A stretch of DNA of 64,000 bases from positions 1-64,000 of the forward strand of contig PWMT01000127.1 of assembly GCA_003558085.1 (NCBI GenBank). Reading direction: 5' to 3'. Origin of the DNA: Methanobacteriaceae archaeon (GTDB taxonomy: Archaea > Methanobacteriota > Methanobacteria > Methanobacteriales > Methanobacteriaceae). Numbering within the stretch: the stretch's first letter is position 1; every line of letters starts with the position of its first letter. The notes below the pieces were generated by a model. The model was given only the letters and a program-made list of their open reading frames with translations. It was not told the origin of the DNA and did no database searches. This document shows positions 23,467 through 34,965 of this stretch, piece by piece. The translations under genes were made by a program, and so were the position numbers.

Positions 23467-24720
23467 TTGAAGCGCAGTGTACAAGAAATTAATAAAAAAA
23501 TTTCCAGGGGTCAAGCTACAGTTTTAACTGCAGAAGAAGTTACCAGAATGGTGATAGAAGGTGAAACTCCCACCGTAGAAGATGTTGAAGTTATTACCAC
23601 TGGTACTACGGGTATAATGTCGGGAACGGCCGCCATAATTCATTTAAAAATTGATGAACCCGGGTCATTTAAAAAAGCTAAAAAAATATATTTAAACGGA
23701 GTCCCTGGATTTCCAGGGCCCTGTCCAAATGAATGGCTTGGATCTGTTGATTTAACTATTTATGGAACCGCAAATAGCGTCCATGATCCTGAATATGGCG
23801 GGGGATTTTTATTTAAGGATTTAATAGCTGGTAGGGAAATCGAAATATCTGTGGAAACAAGTCAAGGTGAGCTCATCACCACCACTAGCAACTTAAAAGA
23901 TATGGCCACAGCTAAAATGATCGGCACTCGCATGGCTTTTAAAAACTACACCGCTTTTGTAAATCCAGAACCACAATCAGTCTCTTCTATATTCCATGCT
24001 ATAGAAATGGAAGGTCCTTTTAAAGGATTATCCTTCTCTGGTTGCGGTGAACTTAATCCTTTAGAAAACGACCCCCAAATGAAAACTATATGTATGGGAT
24101 CTAAAATACTCTTAAATGGATCAGAAGGTTTAATATTAGGCACCGGTACTAGAAGCAGCCTAAATAAACCAAATTTAATGCTTGCTGCTGATATGCATAA
24201 TATGGATTCCCATTATCTTGGAGGATTTAAAACAGCTGTAGGTCCGGAAATATATGATTCAGTTGCCCTGGCTATACCGGTTACTGATCAGAGAATTTTA
24301 GAAAAAACTTTTATTAGAAATTCAGATATAAAATTACCAGTTGCAGATATTAAAGGCCGACATATGCCTCTAGGAGAAATAGATTACGGTCAAGTTTGGG
24401 AGGACTCAGATGAAAGACCACAATATCATCCTGAAAATTGCATGAATTGTGTCAATTGCTTAGTAAAAGAAAGATGTCCTACTAAGGCCTTTAATCAAGG
24501 ATTGGATGTTAAAAAATGTTTTGGTTGCGGTATGTGTGCTTATTCATGTGAATATGGTACCTGTCAAATGAATATCGGCTCGGTAGAACTTAAATTACAA
24601 CAAGGTGAATTTGAAATTCCTATTGCATGTCGTCAATCAGATTTAAAAAGAGCTAGAGAAATATCAAATTTACTTAAAAAAAGGATCGAAGAAGGTAATT
24701 TTTACATATTCGAATGTTAA
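23467..24720 (+). CDS. Methanogenesis marker 16 metalloprotein (DUF39 family + ferredoxin domain)
   Basis: T.GIMSGTAA, GPCPNEWLG, SGCGELNP, GTRSS, CMNCVNC...CP and CFGCGMC. Confidence 0.85.
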   Translation: MKRSVQEINKKISRGQATVLTAEEVTRMVIEGETPTVEDVEVITTGTTGIMSGTAAIIHLKIDEPGSFKKAKKIYLNGVPGFPGPCPNEWLGSVDLTIYGTANSVHDPEYGGGFLFKDLIAGREIEISVETSQGELITTTSNLKDMATAKMIGTRMAFKNYTAFVNPEPQSVSSIFHAIEMEGPFKGLSFSGCGELNPLENDPQMKTICMGSKILLNGSEGLILGTGTRSSLNKPNLMLAADMHNMDSHYLGGFKTAVGPEIYDSVALAIPVTDQRILEKTFIRNSDIKLPVADIKGRHMPLGEIDYGQVWEDSDERPQYHPENCMNCVNCLVKERCPTKAFNQGLDVKKCFGCGMCAYSCEYGTCQMNIGSVELKLQQGEFEIPIACRQSDLKRAREISNLLKKRIEEGNFYIFEC

Positions 24721-24738
24721 CCTATTAAGGTGTGATTA

Positions 24739-25893
24739 ATGCTAAAATATGATTTAATTATGGTTCGTTATGGAGAATTAGGCTTGAAGAGTCCTCGAGT
24801 ACGGAAAAGATTTGAAAATAAATTAATTTCTAATATTAAAAGTGCTTTTCCCTGCGAAATTAAATTGGATCAGGGCCGCATTTTTATTAAACCAGATGAT
24901 TTTGATGAAGCCTTAGAATACTTAAAGAAAATTTTTGGAATAGTTTCCTTTTCTCCAGCTATTTCTATGGAAACTGATAAAAATATTATAAAAACTGAAT
25001 TAGAACATTATGTGGATGAATTAAAATCAAGGGGGATACTATCTTCCAAAACCAGCTTTGCTATTCGCTGTCGTCGAATAGGTGAACACCCCTTCACCAG
25101 CCAAGAATTAGCAGGATTTGCTGGTGCAGTGGTAGTGGAAAAAATAGGATCTCCAGTTGATTTAACCAAGCCTGAATTAGAGATTTTCCTAGAAGTTAGA
25201 TATGATGAAACATTCATATATCATCAGAAACTCCAAGGTCCAGGAGGACTTCCCCTTGGAACTCAAGGTAAACTGGTGGCTTTACTTTCAGGAGGAATCG
25301 ATTCTCCAGTAGCAGCTTATCTGATGATGAAAAGAGGATGTCAAATCATTGCTTTAAATTTTAATAATTATCCATTTACAGAAAGTGTAGCTCAAGAAAA
25401 AGTTATAAAAATGGTAAAAAAACTTAGGGAATATTCTTCAGGAGTCAAATTAGACTTAAAAATTATGGAATATGGAGAATACTTGAATAAATGTCAAGAG
25501 AAGGCTCCAGAAAAATTAACATGTATTCTATGTAAGAGCGGAATGTATAGCATCGCAGAAATGATAGCTAATAGAGAAGGTGCGCTGGGTATTGTAGATG
25601 GGAATAGTTTGGGACAAGTCGCATCTCAAACACTTCAAAATTTATTAGTCACACGCCATGCTGTGAAATTACCTATTTTTAGTCCTTTAATTGGACAAGA
25701 TAAGATCGATATTGAGAAATTAGCCCAAGAAATAGGCACCTATGATATTTCCATTGAAGATGATGGTGGATGTAGTGCCGTTCCAAGATATCCTGAGACT
25801 CAAGCAAGTTTAGATAGAGTTTTAGAAGCTCAAAAATCTTTAAATATCGATACTGAGCTAAAAAAAACATTTAAAACATTAAAAAATTTTTAA
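24739..25893 (+). CDS. thiI: tRNA 4-thiouridine synthase ThiI
   Basis: VRYGELGLKS, THUMP domain, GGLPLGTQG, LLSGGIDSPVA, GQVASQTL. Confidence 0.95.
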   Translation: MLKYDLIMVRYGELGLKSPRVRKRFENKLISNIKSAFPCEIKLDQGRIFIKPDDFDEALEYLKKIFGIVSFSPAISMETDKNIIKTELEHYVDELKSRGILSSKTSFAIRCRRIGEHPFTSQELAGFAGAVVVEKIGSPVDLTKPELEIFLEVRYDETFIYHQKLQGPGGLPLGTQGKLVALLSGGIDSPVAAYLMMKRGCQIIALNFNNYPFTESVAQEKVIKMVKKLREYSSGVKLDLKIMEYGEYLNKCQEKAPEKLTCILCKSGMYSIAEMIANREGALGIVDGNSLGQVASQTLQNLLVTRHAVKLPIFSPLIGQDKIDIEKLAQEIGTYDISIEDDGGCSAVPRYPETQASLDRVLEAQKSLNIDTELKKTFKTLKNF

Positions 25894-26105
25894 TAAATGT
25901 TATTTTAGACAGAGTTATATGGGCTTATTTTGATCTTAGTTTACTATTTCATTAGTAGGGATAAGTTTTTAAATTAAATCAAATAAATATAATCATAATA
26001 AAATTAATTATTTTAATTAGTTAAAGATTTTATTTAAAATAAAATGTAGCTATAAAATTATAAATAAGAATTGTTTTAAAAAACTGAGATATTGGAGGTA
26101 TTCAG

Positions 26106-27203
26106 ATGAAAACAACTGTTAGTGTAATAAAAGCAGATATTGGAAGCGTTGCAGGACATGGTCTGGTTCATCCTGCCTTACTTACAAAAAGTGAGGAATT
26201 TCTTCAAAAAGCCAAAGATGAATGATTACTAATTGATTACTATGTTACTAACTGCGGTGATGATACAGAATTAATAATGACCCATCAAAACGGGGAAGAG
26301 AACGAAGAAATTCATAAACTAGCTTGGGATACTTTTATCGCTGCAACTGAAGTTGCAAAAAAACTTAAACTTTATGGGGCAGGTCAAGATCTACTCTCAG
26401 ATACATTCTCTGGAAACATAAAAGGAATGGGACCTGGAGTAGCCGAGATGGAATTCAAAGAAAGACCCAGTGATCCAGTAGTGGTCTTCGCCATGGATAA
26501 AACAGAACCCGGAGCTTTTAACTTACCCTTATTTAAAATATTCGCAGATCCATTTAACACAGCCGGTTTAGTAATAGATCCTTCCCTGCACAATGGTTTT
26601 GAATTTGAAATATATGACGTAATGGAAAACAAAAAAATATCCATGAGCTGTCCTGATGAAATGTATGATTTGCTGGCTCTTCTAGGTACAATTAACCGCT
26701 ATGTGATAAAACGTATTTATCGTAGAGATGATCATGAAATTGCAGCCTCGGTAAGCACTGAAAGATTAAATCTATTAGCAGGACAATATGTTGGAAAAGA
26801 TGATCCAGTAGCTATTGTTCGCTCCCAATCTGGTTTTCCAGCCACTGGTGAAGTAGCCGAACCCTTCGCATTTCCTCATTTAGTTGGAGGATGGATGAGA
26901 GGTTCACATAACGGTCCTTTAATGCCAGTTGCACATAAAAATGCTTATCCTGTTCGATTTGATGGACCTCCTCGAGTGGTGGCCCTAGGTTTCCAAATTT
27001 GTGAAGGAGAACTGATTGGTCCGGTGGATATGTTTGATGATCCTGTCTATGATAGATCTCGAGAATTAGCTTCTGAAATAGCGGAATATATGAGAAGACA
27101 CGGTCCTTTTGAACCACATAGACTACCTAGTGATGAAATGGAGTACACTACTCTTCCGGGGGTAATGGAAAAATTTAAAGACCGGTTTGAGGATATTGAC
27201 TAA
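26106..27203 (+). CDS. fbp: Fructose-1,6-bisphosphate aldolase/phosphatase (class V), interrupted by in-frame TGA at codon 40 (26223-26225)
   Basis: GGAGG SD, then MKTTVSVIKADIGSVAGH...KAKDE*LLIDYYVTNCGDD in frame with track ORF 26277-27203 (LYGAGQDLL, YVGKDDP, GWMRGSH); 365 codons in total. Confidence 0.92.
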
Positions 27204-27238
27204 TTCATCAAATATTTTTTTTATTTTTAAAAAATATA

Positions 27239-27940
27239 TTAAACCTCATAACCTCTTTTTTTAAAACTTAATATTTTTTCTTTATACTTCTTATTTAATA
27301 TTAGTTTAGGAATATCAACTAGCTTATCAACTTTATCTATTATGGCGCTGTCACTGGTAGCTATTATCGCTCCTGATTTATTCCATTCCTTTTTTAAATC
27401 ATGATCAACTTTTTTAGAAAGTACTGCTGCACCTTCAATTTCGTACTTCCACATATTTTTTTGGATCATATGTACTAATTTTCCACTAAAACTAACTTGT
27501 TGATCAAAAAAGAATTTAACCTTAGCTACGTTATATTTTTTTAAATATTTCAAGATTAATTTAATGGCCGGCTTGGTTTGAGGTCCTATCTTATATTTGC
27601 CGAAAATGGATTCCACATCTCTTATGAATCCATCATCGCTCCACACTAGATTGTGATTATTTTCTCCTGGTTTTTTAAAAGATCTTAAGATACTTTCGAC
27701 CGTTATTAGGACATTGTAACCATCAATAATAAGGCACTTTCCTTTTAACTCATCTATTTGAACTATTTTTTTCTCTCTTTCCTTTACTTTATCATCAGAA
27801 AATATAAGGCGAGATAGATAATTTCTTTCTTTTTTTCCTAAAAGATAATGATTCGATACAAACTGCAGAGCCACTTTTTTTCTATAGCCCCGGTTTAATA
27901 AGAATCTTAAGTCTAGTTCAGCTTCTTTTAAATTATTCAT
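27239..27940 (-). CDS. DUF434-domain (PIN/NYN-like) protein
   Basis: DLRFLLNRGY, IIDGYNVLIT, DGFIRD, ATSDSAIID. Confidence 0.8.
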   Translation of the reverse strand: MNNLKEAELDLRFLLNRGYRKKVALQFVSNHYLLGKKERNYLSRLIFSDDKVKEREKKIVQIDELKGKCLIIDGYNVLITVESILRSFKKPGENNHNLVWSDDGFIRDVESIFGKYKIGPQTKPAIKLILKYLKKYNVAKVKFFFDQQVSFSGKLVHMIQKNMWKYEIEGAAVLSKKVDHDLKKEWNKSGAIIATSDSAIIDKVDKLVDIPKLILNKKYKEKILSFKKRGYEV

Positions 27941-28030
27941 AAATAATACTCTTCTATAAAATGATAACCTATAAAATAACCAATCTTTAGAATTATTTTA
28001 ATCTATAACCAAAATATGAAACAATAACAT

Positions 28031-28264
28031 TCATATAATACTATAAATCATTCTAAGAGAATCAATCAATCCATGAGCATAAGTTATACATCCAAAAGAT
28101 GTCATAAAATCTTTTTTTTCGAGATAATACCAAGCATCATCTCTATAACTTTTCGCCCGATCTAAAATTTCCTTTTCTACTAGCTTAAGTTCTATAGAGT
28201 CAATTTCTTTTAAATTTTTGGAGAGAAGATCAATATCTTTGCTTATTCTTTCCTGGTATTCCAT
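28031..28264 (-). CDS. DUF357 small helical protein
   Basis: AKSYRDDAWYYLEK.D..TSFGCITYAHGLID; start set at ATG 28264 after GAGGGGG. Confidence 0.85.
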   Translation of the reverse strand: MEYQERISKDIDLLSKNLKEIDSIELKLVEKEILDRAKSYRDDAWYYLEKKDFMTSFGCITYAHGLIDSLRMIYSII

Positions 28265-28320
28265 GGCATCCCCCTCTAACATTAATTTCCTGGTATTCCA
28301 GGGCATCCCTTTCTAAAATT
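28249..28320. repeat. Imperfect tandem direct repeat, 2 x 35 bp, period 37
   Basis: 28249-28283 vs 28286-28320, 31/35 identical. Confidence 0.85.
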
Positions 28321-28350
28321 ATTTAAAAATCAAACAATTTAATTATATTC

Positions 28351-28920
28351 CTAAGTTTTCATGGACTTCCAAGTATGATAAATTCTTTGAGCAACAGTTA
28401 AATACCCTAAGATGATTACTAACATAAAAGCTAAAGACATAATTCCTGTACCCAACCAAACACTTAAAAAGGCCCCGATCATTATAATAGCCAATCGTTC
28501 AGCTCTTTCAGCTATTCCAACACTACAAGGAATACCTTCAGCTTCTGACCTTGCTCTAACGTAACTTACAGTTAATGATGCGTGTAGTGCCAGTATCCCC
28601 AAAATCCAGTTTACAAATCCACCGTATACTATTCCTATTATGATTAAAGCATCTGCCAACCTATCAACTGTGGAATCAAGAAATGCACCAAACTGGGTAA
28701 TGGAAGAATTATTACGTGCCACTGTTCCATCTAAAATATCTAAAAATCCGCTAAGCGCGATTAGAATGCCTCCCCATAATAAATTACCTATGGCAAAATT
28801 ATATGCTGATAAAAATGCTATTAACAGTCCCAAAAGGGTAATATAGTTGGGATTAATTTTTATTTTATTAGCTAAAGGTGCTAGTAAACCTTTAACGGAT
28901 GGCCTGAAACGATTAAGCAT
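28351..28920 (-). CDS. pgsA: CDP-alcohol phosphatidyltransferase (archaetidylinositol phosphate synthase-like)
   Basis: PNYIT, DILDGTVAR...GAFLDSTVDR, SYVRAR.E. Confidence 0.88.
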   Translation of the reverse strand: MLNRFRPSVKGLLAPLANKIKINPNYITLLGLLIAFLSAYNFAIGNLLWGGILIALSGFLDILDGTVARNNSSITQFGAFLDSTVDRLADALIIIGIVYGGFVNWILGILALHASLTVSYVRARSEAEGIPCSVGIAERAERLAIIMIGAFLSVWLGTGIMSLAFMLVIILGYLTVAQRIYHTWKSMKT

Positions 28921-28969
28921 AGTGCTACTTTATAAACCTAACTAATATATATTGTGCATAGGGGATTCT

Positions 28970-29572
28970 ATGGAAATTATTAATATTAACGCTCAAAATC
29001 CAACTGAAAAGAAAATTAGTGAAGCATTGGAAGTATTGAGGGAAGGTGGGATTGTATTGTATCCTACTGATACCATTTATGGATTAGGAGTTAATATAAA
29101 TGATGAAAATGCTTTAAAAAATTTATATAAAATCAAAAAGAGGTCCTTACTTAAGCCAGTTTCAATTTGTGTCTCTAACATGAATATGATTTCTCAAGTA
29201 GCTTATTTAGACCTTAATACCAAAAAAAGGATTTCCCCAATTTTACCGGGTCCCTTCACCATAATTTTGAAAAAGAAGCCATCCATTTCTTCAACCATAA
29301 CTGGCCGGACAGATAAAATAGGTATTAGAATTCCCGATATACCTTTATGTCAAGAATTATCCAGAGAATTCCCTATTACTGCCACTAGTGCAAATATTTC
29401 AGGAAAAACTCCAAAAAAATCTGTTAAAGATATTAAAATTCAGTTAGGAGGTGAACTAGATTTAATATTAAATTCTGGGCCAGTTAAAAATGTTGAACCT
29501 TCTACCGTAATTGATTTTACTACCACCCCTCCTAAAATTTTAAGACAAGGAGCAGGAGAGTACAGGAAATAA
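28970..29572 (+). CDS. sua5: L-threonylcarbamoyladenylate synthase (TsaC/Sua5/YrdC)
   Basis: YPTDTIYGL, KKR, LPGPFT, TSANISG; start set at ATG 28970. Confidence 0.92.
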   Translation: MEIININAQNPTEKKISEALEVLREGGIVLYPTDTIYGLGVNINDENALKNLYKIKKRSLLKPVSICVSNMNMISQVAYLDLNTKKRISPILPGPFTIILKKKPSISSTITGRTDKIGIRIPDIPLCQELSREFPITATSANISGKTPKKSVKDIKIQLGGELDLILNSGPVKNVEPSTVIDFTTTPPKILRQGAGEYRK

Positions 29573-29733
29573 ATTAGTATAAATTAATTTTAATTTAAAC
29601 CATGCTAATAACCAATCTAGTTCATAGGAGAGAAAACGCTTTTACTAATATAAATTACTGCCCCCTTATAGATAGTAAATATAAGATATTAGAAAATAAA
29701 TATACTTTAGGATAATATAGTTAAGTAAGATTT

Positions 29734-30453
29734 TTGAGGAAATTCATGAAACTAGTATCTAATCTTAAAAAGGCAACTAAAATTCAAATAGGATGTTCAA
29801 TTGATAATATTTTAGGGGGAGGAATCGAAAAAGGCACTCTAACTCAATTTTACGGCCCTCCTGGATCGGGAAAAACAAACATAACCCTTAATTTAGCAGT
29901 TCAAAGTGCTAAAAATGGTGGAAAAGTTGTATATGTTGATACAGAGGGGGGTATTTCTATTGATAGGATAAAACAAATAGCAGGAGATGAATTTGAACAT
30001 ATAGCTCCCCAGATTATGGTTTTTGAGCCTACTTCTTTTTTAGAACAAGATGAGATATTGAAAAAAATAGATTCGCTGATGAATATGCAGGGTGAAGAAT
30101 TTGATTTAATAGTTTTAGATTCAGCTGTTGCCTTGTACCGGTTAAAAGAAGAAAATTCCTCAAAAATAAACCGTGTTCTGGCAAAACAAATGTCAATACT
30201 CTCCCGGATTGCTAGAGAACATGATTTAGCAGTGGTAATCACCAATCAGATATATTCTATTTTTGATCAAGAAGGAATAGGAATATTAGAGCCAGCTGGA
30301 GGTACCATCTTAAAATACTGGAGCAAAGTAATCGTGGAATTGAGTAAAGGGGACATAATAGGAGAAAGGTGTGCAACCCTTAAAAGGCATAAAAGCAGGG
30401 TTGAGGGAATAAAAACTAGATTCCGTATTATAGATAAAGGTTTAGGCAGTTAA
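29734..30453 (+). CDS. radB: DNA repair and recombination protein RadB
   Basis: [39 protein letters not shown] motif. Confidence 0.93.
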   Translation: MRKFMKLVSNLKKATKIQIGCSIDNILGGGIEKGTLTQFYGPPGSGKTNITLNLAVQSAKNGGKVVYVDTEGGISIDRIKQIAGDEFEHIAPQIMVFEPTSFLEQDEILKKIDSLMNMQGEEFDLIVLDSAVALYRLKEENSSKINRVLAKQMSILSRIAREHDLAVVITNQIYSIFDQEGIGILEPAGGTILKYWSKVIVELSKGDIIGERCATLKRHKSRVEGIKTRFRIIDKGLGS

Positions 30454-30724
30454 AATAATCTAGTAAAAACCGATTTATAGATTATGATAATATTTTATAG
30501 ATACTTATAGAATAGACTCTACTTCGATGGATGCTAAATTTTATAAATAAGTGGATTAAATATTTAATAGATTTTTTAATAATTAAAATATAGTTTTACT
30601 TGGAACTAGAATAGTGCTAAATAGTATCAGGTTAACTGGATAAAATAATTTTATTTCATCTAGCTAACTCTAGTTTTTAATAATAAAATATAGTATGGAA
30701 AAATTTTTCAAAAAGATATTTTAG

Positions 30725-31891
30725 ATGCGTGATAGTATGATTTCACCAAAAAAATTTGCTAAAACCACCAAATCACCACCTAAAGGCTTTAAAACATCAA
30801 ATGATTTTTTTAATTTTGTTTTTAAAGACAAGAAAATGATTTGGATGGGTCAAAACACTAATCATCTTCTCCAGGATTCATTAATCACGGATGCTATGGT
30901 TGAGTGTGTAAATAGTGGGGAATATTGCAAATATCCTCCGCCAGAAGGATTTCCTGAATTACATGAATTAATATTAAATGATTTAGGTTTAGAGAATGAT
31001 TTTGAAATGATGATCACTGCTGGTGGCACGGAATCTTTATATTTGTGTATAAATGAGATTATGAAGGCAGATATGAATATGGTTACCTGTGATCCGGGAT
31101 ATTTAATTATCGATAATTTTGCCAGTAGATTTGCTAATCAAGTTATATCCGTGCCGATTTACAATGCTGAATGTAATTATAAATTAACTCCCCATTTAGT
31201 TAAAGAGTATATGGATGAGAATACCAAACTCATATCTCTTATAGATCCTTTAAATCCATTAGGATCTTCTTATACTAAACAAGAAATCAAAGAATTAGCT
31301 GAAATAGCCATAGAAAATGATATTTATCTCTTACATGATATAACTTATCGTGATTTTGCCCAGGATCATCACTTAGTAGCAAAATATGCTCCGGAACATT
31401 CCCTAACCATTTACAGTTTCTCAAAAATTTTTGGTATGGCTGGATTGAGAATTGGTGGAATTATAGCTAATCCTCACCTTTTAAATTCTATAAGAAAGGT
31501 TCTTATCAATGATTTAGGAACAAACGTTTTATCTCAAAAAGCAGCTATAGCTGCTTTAAAGTCTAAAAGACAGTGGATTGATTCTATAAAAACTCAAACC
31601 AGAAATAATCAGCATATAATAAAAAAAGCCGTGGATCAAGTTGATGGTGCTTTTTTACCAGTATATCCATCTGATGGAAATATGATGGCTATAGACTTGA
31701 AAGAAACAGGTATTGATCCGCAAATTATGGCTGACTATCTATTAGAGAGAAAGATCTTTATTCGTCAAGGCGCCTATACTAGTAAATTATTTGGGGATCG
31801 ATACATCCGATTAAGCTTTTCTGTACCCCAATATCAAGTAAAAATCTTTGCTGAAAAATTTTTAGAAGCCTATGAAGCTTTAAAACTTTAA
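30725..31891 (+). CDS. Class I/II PLP-dependent aminotransferase
   Basis: [32 protein letters not shown]. Confidence 0.9.
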   Translation: MRDSMISPKKFAKTTKSPPKGFKTSNDFFNFVFKDKKMIWMGQNTNHLLQDSLITDAMVECVNSGEYCKYPPPEGFPELHELILNDLGLENDFEMMITAGGTESLYLCINEIMKADMNMVTCDPGYLIIDNFASRFANQVISVPIYNAECNYKLTPHLVKEYMDENTKLISLIDPLNPLGSSYTKQEIKELAEIAIENDIYLLHDITYRDFAQDHHLVAKYAPEHSLTIYSFSKIFGMAGLRIGGIIANPHLLNSIRKVLINDLGTNVLSQKAAIAALKSKRQWIDSIKTQTRNNQHIIKKAVDQVDGAFLPVYPSDGNMMAIDLKETGIDPQIMADYLLERKIFIRQGAYTSKLFGDRYIRLSFSVPQYQVKIFAEKFLEAYEALKL

Positions 31892-32040
31892 ATTTTTCTT
31901 TTTTTTAAAGATAACTTTTATTTTATTTATTTACATGATTATAAAAATTCATAGTTGTTAATTAATAGAGCTATCCTGCAAGTTACTTTGAAAAACCTTC
32001 CTAAATTCCATTAAATACATAATCAGTGTATTAAAATTTA

Positions 32041-33816
32041 TTAATCTTGCAGATAGTAATATTCGCCTATTTCTTTTTGTTTACGATCTAGGAAACTATT
32101 TAACTTGTTAACCCTGGGCCTTTTAGTTTCCTTATCTCTACGGAAGGTTATTCCCACGTCTTTAAGGAAGCGGTTCATGGAATATCTAAGTTCACTTGGT
32201 TTTGTAGCGTGGCCTTCTAAACCAGATTTCCCGTAAAAAACCATGGCCCGGTCTGATATATAGTCTATGAATACTATATCGTGATCTATAATAATTGAAG
32301 CAGCATTTCTACTTTCTATAATTTTTTTAATGGACCTAGCAGTGATTAATCGTTGTTCTACATCTAAAAAAGCAGTTGGTTCATCGAAAAGATAAATTTC
32401 CGCTGGATTGGATAGGGTTGTTGCTACTGCTAATCGTTGTAATTCACCACCACTTAAGTCTGTAACCTTTTTTTCTAAAATTTCTTCCAGGAAAAAAGGA
32501 CGCATTATTTCACTTTTGAAAATATTGGTACCATAGTTAGGGGCGTGGGTATATAAAAATTCTTCTACACTACCCTCAAATTCAGAGGCTAAGTATTGGG
32601 GTTTATAAGAAATAGCAACTTTTTTCTTTATTTTACCTGAGTCTGGTTTGATTACATCAGCTAACATTTTGGCGAAGGTAGTTTTTCCAATACCATTAGG
32701 TCCAAATGCAGTAACTATTTCATTATAATAAACTTCGCCTGCTTTCACATTAAGTTTGAATCCATCATAATCTTTTTCCAAGGAGGAGTATTCTGCTAGC
32801 ACAGTACCTTCACCCTCTGGTGTAGGAGGCCTAACTTCAAATTCTATGGCCTTTTTCCTAAATCTAATATTTTCTTCACGAAGGAATCCATTAATATATG
32901 CATTGATACCTACTCGAACACCTCTCAAGTGCGATACAACCCCATATCCTCCGGATTGACCATATAATACATGAACATAATCTGAAATTGCATCAAGAGC
33001 TGCTAAATCGTGTTCTATTACTAGTACAGATTTATTTTCCTCAGTTAATTCTCTTATAACTTTAACTGCATTTAAACGTTGTCTAACATCTAGCCAAGAA
33101 GTAGGTTCATCAAAATAGTAGAAATCAACATCTTTTAAAACAGCAGCAGCAATGGCTATCCTTTGTAATTCCCCTCCACTCAACTTTGATAATTCTCTAT
33201 CTAAAATGGGAGTTATATCCAGAGTTTCAAGTACTTTTTCCATTACATCTCTTTCATTAACTTGTTCCAACAAGTTTCTTACTTTTCCTTTTACATATTT
33301 AGGCATTAAATCTACCATTTGAGGCTTATGAACCACTGATATCTTTTCCTGTGATAATTGATTAAAATAGTTCTGTAACTGAGATCCCTTGAAATAATTT
33401 ATTATATCCTCCCAGGAGGGTTCTTCCTCATAATTTCCCAGATTAGGTTTTAATTCTCCAGAAAATATACGTATAATGGTTGATTTTCCAATACCATTAG
33501 GACCTAAAATCCCCACCACTGACCCGGGATTAATAGTTGGTAAACCAAATAACTGAAACATATTCTGTCCATAACGATGTATGGGATCTTCTAAGGCTTC
33601 GGGTAAGTTAATAATAGTAACTGCATTAAAAGGGCATCTTTTGGTACAGATTCCACAACCAGAACATAATTCCTCAGATATGATCGGTTTTTTTGTTTTC
33701 TCATCTATAATAATGGTGTCTTCTTCCATACGGACACCAGGACAATATTCAATGCAAACGTAATTACATTTTTTTGGTTGACATCTATCATGATCTAATA
33801 TAGAAATTCTGGTCAC
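32041..33816 (-). CDS. rli1: Ribosome recycling ATPase ABCE1/Rli1
   Basis: N-terminal 2x4Fe-4S (CQPKKC...CSGCGIC..RCP), two ABC domains, C-terminal RPRVNK. Confidence 0.97.
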   Translation of the reverse strand: MTRISILDHDRCQPKKCNYVCIEYCPGVRMEEDTIIIDEKTKKPIISEELCSGCGICTKRCPFNAVTIINLPEALEDPIHRYGQNMFQLFGLPTINPGSVVGILGPNGIGKSTIIRIFSGELKPNLGNYEEEPSWEDIINYFKGSQLQNYFNQLSQEKISVVHKPQMVDLMPKYVKGKVRNLLEQVNERDVMEKVLETLDITPILDRELSKLSGGELQRIAIAAAVLKDVDFYYFDEPTSWLDVRQRLNAVKVIRELTEENKSVLVIEHDLAALDAISDYVHVLYGQSGGYGVVSHLRGVRVGINAYINGFLREENIRFRKKAIEFEVRPPTPEGEGTVLAEYSSLEKDYDGFKLNVKAGEVYYNEIVTAFGPNGIGKTTFAKMLADVIKPDSGKIKKKVAISYKPQYLASEFEGSVEEFLYTHAPNYGTNIFKSEIMRPFFLEEILEKKVTDLSGGELQRLAVATTLSNPAEIYLFDEPTAFLDVEQRLITARSIKKIIESRNAASIIIDHDIVFIDYISDRAMVFYGKSGLEGHATKPSELRYSMNRFLKDVGITFRRDKETKRPRVNKLNSFLDRKQKEIGEYYYLQD

Positions 33817-34101
33817 ATTATCACCACAAAATAAATGGATAGTGATTTTTTAAAAATGAAAGTTTCATCTCTTTAAATTATTCAATTTTTCATGCAAATT
33901 AAGTTTTAAGTAGATAGCCTATTATTTTAGACTACTATAATCTTAATGTTTACTTAGAAAGAAGTATATGTAATAATAATTAAAAGTTTTTAAAAGGGAT
34001 AAAAATGATTTTAATATGAATTTAAACTAAGCAAATATTGTTTTTTAAAAAAATTAATTTTTAGATTTATTTAAAAAAATAAAAAAGAAACAGGTCGGAA
34101 C

Positions 34102-34308
34102 TTACATTTTTTTTACAGCAAGTTCAACGTCTGATGCTTTAACTGTTTTTCTTCCGGCGTGTTTTGCCAATTTAACAGCTTCTAAAGCTAAATTTTCACC
34201 CATTTCTTCTAAAGCTTTTGCCAAAGCTTCTCTTGCATCATCACTTATTCTCATGGCACCGGCGTTTTTTATTATTCTCCCAACTGGTGCTATAGGTAAT
34301 TCAGCCAT
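34102..34308 (-). CDS. Archaeal histone (HMf/HMt family)
   Basis: [24 protein letters not shown]...[11 protein letters not shown]. Confidence 0.97.
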   Translation of the reverse strand: MAELPIAPVGRIIKNAGAMRISDDAREALAKALEEMGENLALEAVKLAKHAGRKTVKASDVELAVKKM

Positions 34309-34341
34309 AATATCACCTCAATTTAATCTAATACTCCATAC

Positions 34342-34358
34342 TATTTAAATTTATCGTT
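34342..34358 (-). promoter_or_regulatory. BRE/TATA promoter of the histone gene
   Basis: Minus strand AACGATAAA-TTTAAATA, about 35-40 nt before the ATG. Confidence 0.6.
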
Positions 34359-34572
34359 TTTTTAGCTACATTTGTGACCTATACTTAGTTTCTGACATCA
34401 TGAAATTTGGTAAATTGATAGCCTTAATCTTCCACATCCATTTGTTATGTCGAAAGAATTATAATTTATTTCCCAGCAGATATCCGAAGAACTGATATTT
34501 ACATTAAAAATAAATATGATATAAGCAGTAAATGAATAAGTAGAAACATTATCCTATTTTAAAGGTGTAATA

Positions 34573-34914
34573 ATGAAACAAGTTATTGTTATGCGAAGCG
34601 ATCTGAATATGAGTAGGGGTAAATTAGCTGCACAGGCCTGCCATGCATCATTAGGATCCTTTAAAAAGACTGAAGATTCTAAATTACGAAAATGGGAAGA
34701 AGAGGGTGAAAAAAAAGTAGTAGTTAAGGTTAATGAGTTGTCAACTCTCTATGAGATTTATGAAATAGCTAAAAAGAGCGGCACTGCTACTTATCTAGTT
34801 AAAGATGCCGGACACACCGAACTTGCTAGTTCTACAGTGACCTGCCTTGGAATTGGTCCGGATGAAGATGAAAAAATTGACAAGTTAACAGGTGATTTGA
34901 AATTGCTTAAATGA
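34573..34914 (+). CDS. pth2: Peptidyl-tRNA hydrolase Pth2
   Basis: [33 protein letters not shown]. Confidence 0.96.
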   Translation: MKQVIVMRSDLNMSRGKLAAQACHASLGSFKKTEDSKLRKWEEEGEKKVVVKVNELSTLYEIYEIAKKSGTATYLVKDAGHTELASSTVTCLGIGPDEDEKIDKLTGDLKLLK

Positions 34915-34965
34915 TTAAAATTAGATAAACCATTCTATTTCTTTAAATTAAATAATACTTTTATA

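Noticed and set aside
26223-26225. TGA as selenocysteine or genome-wide TGA=Gly recoding
   Set aside because: Not a Cys-equivalent position, no SECIS-like hairpin seen after the gene, and TGA terminates tfe, rpl10, pth2 and pstB at their expected ends
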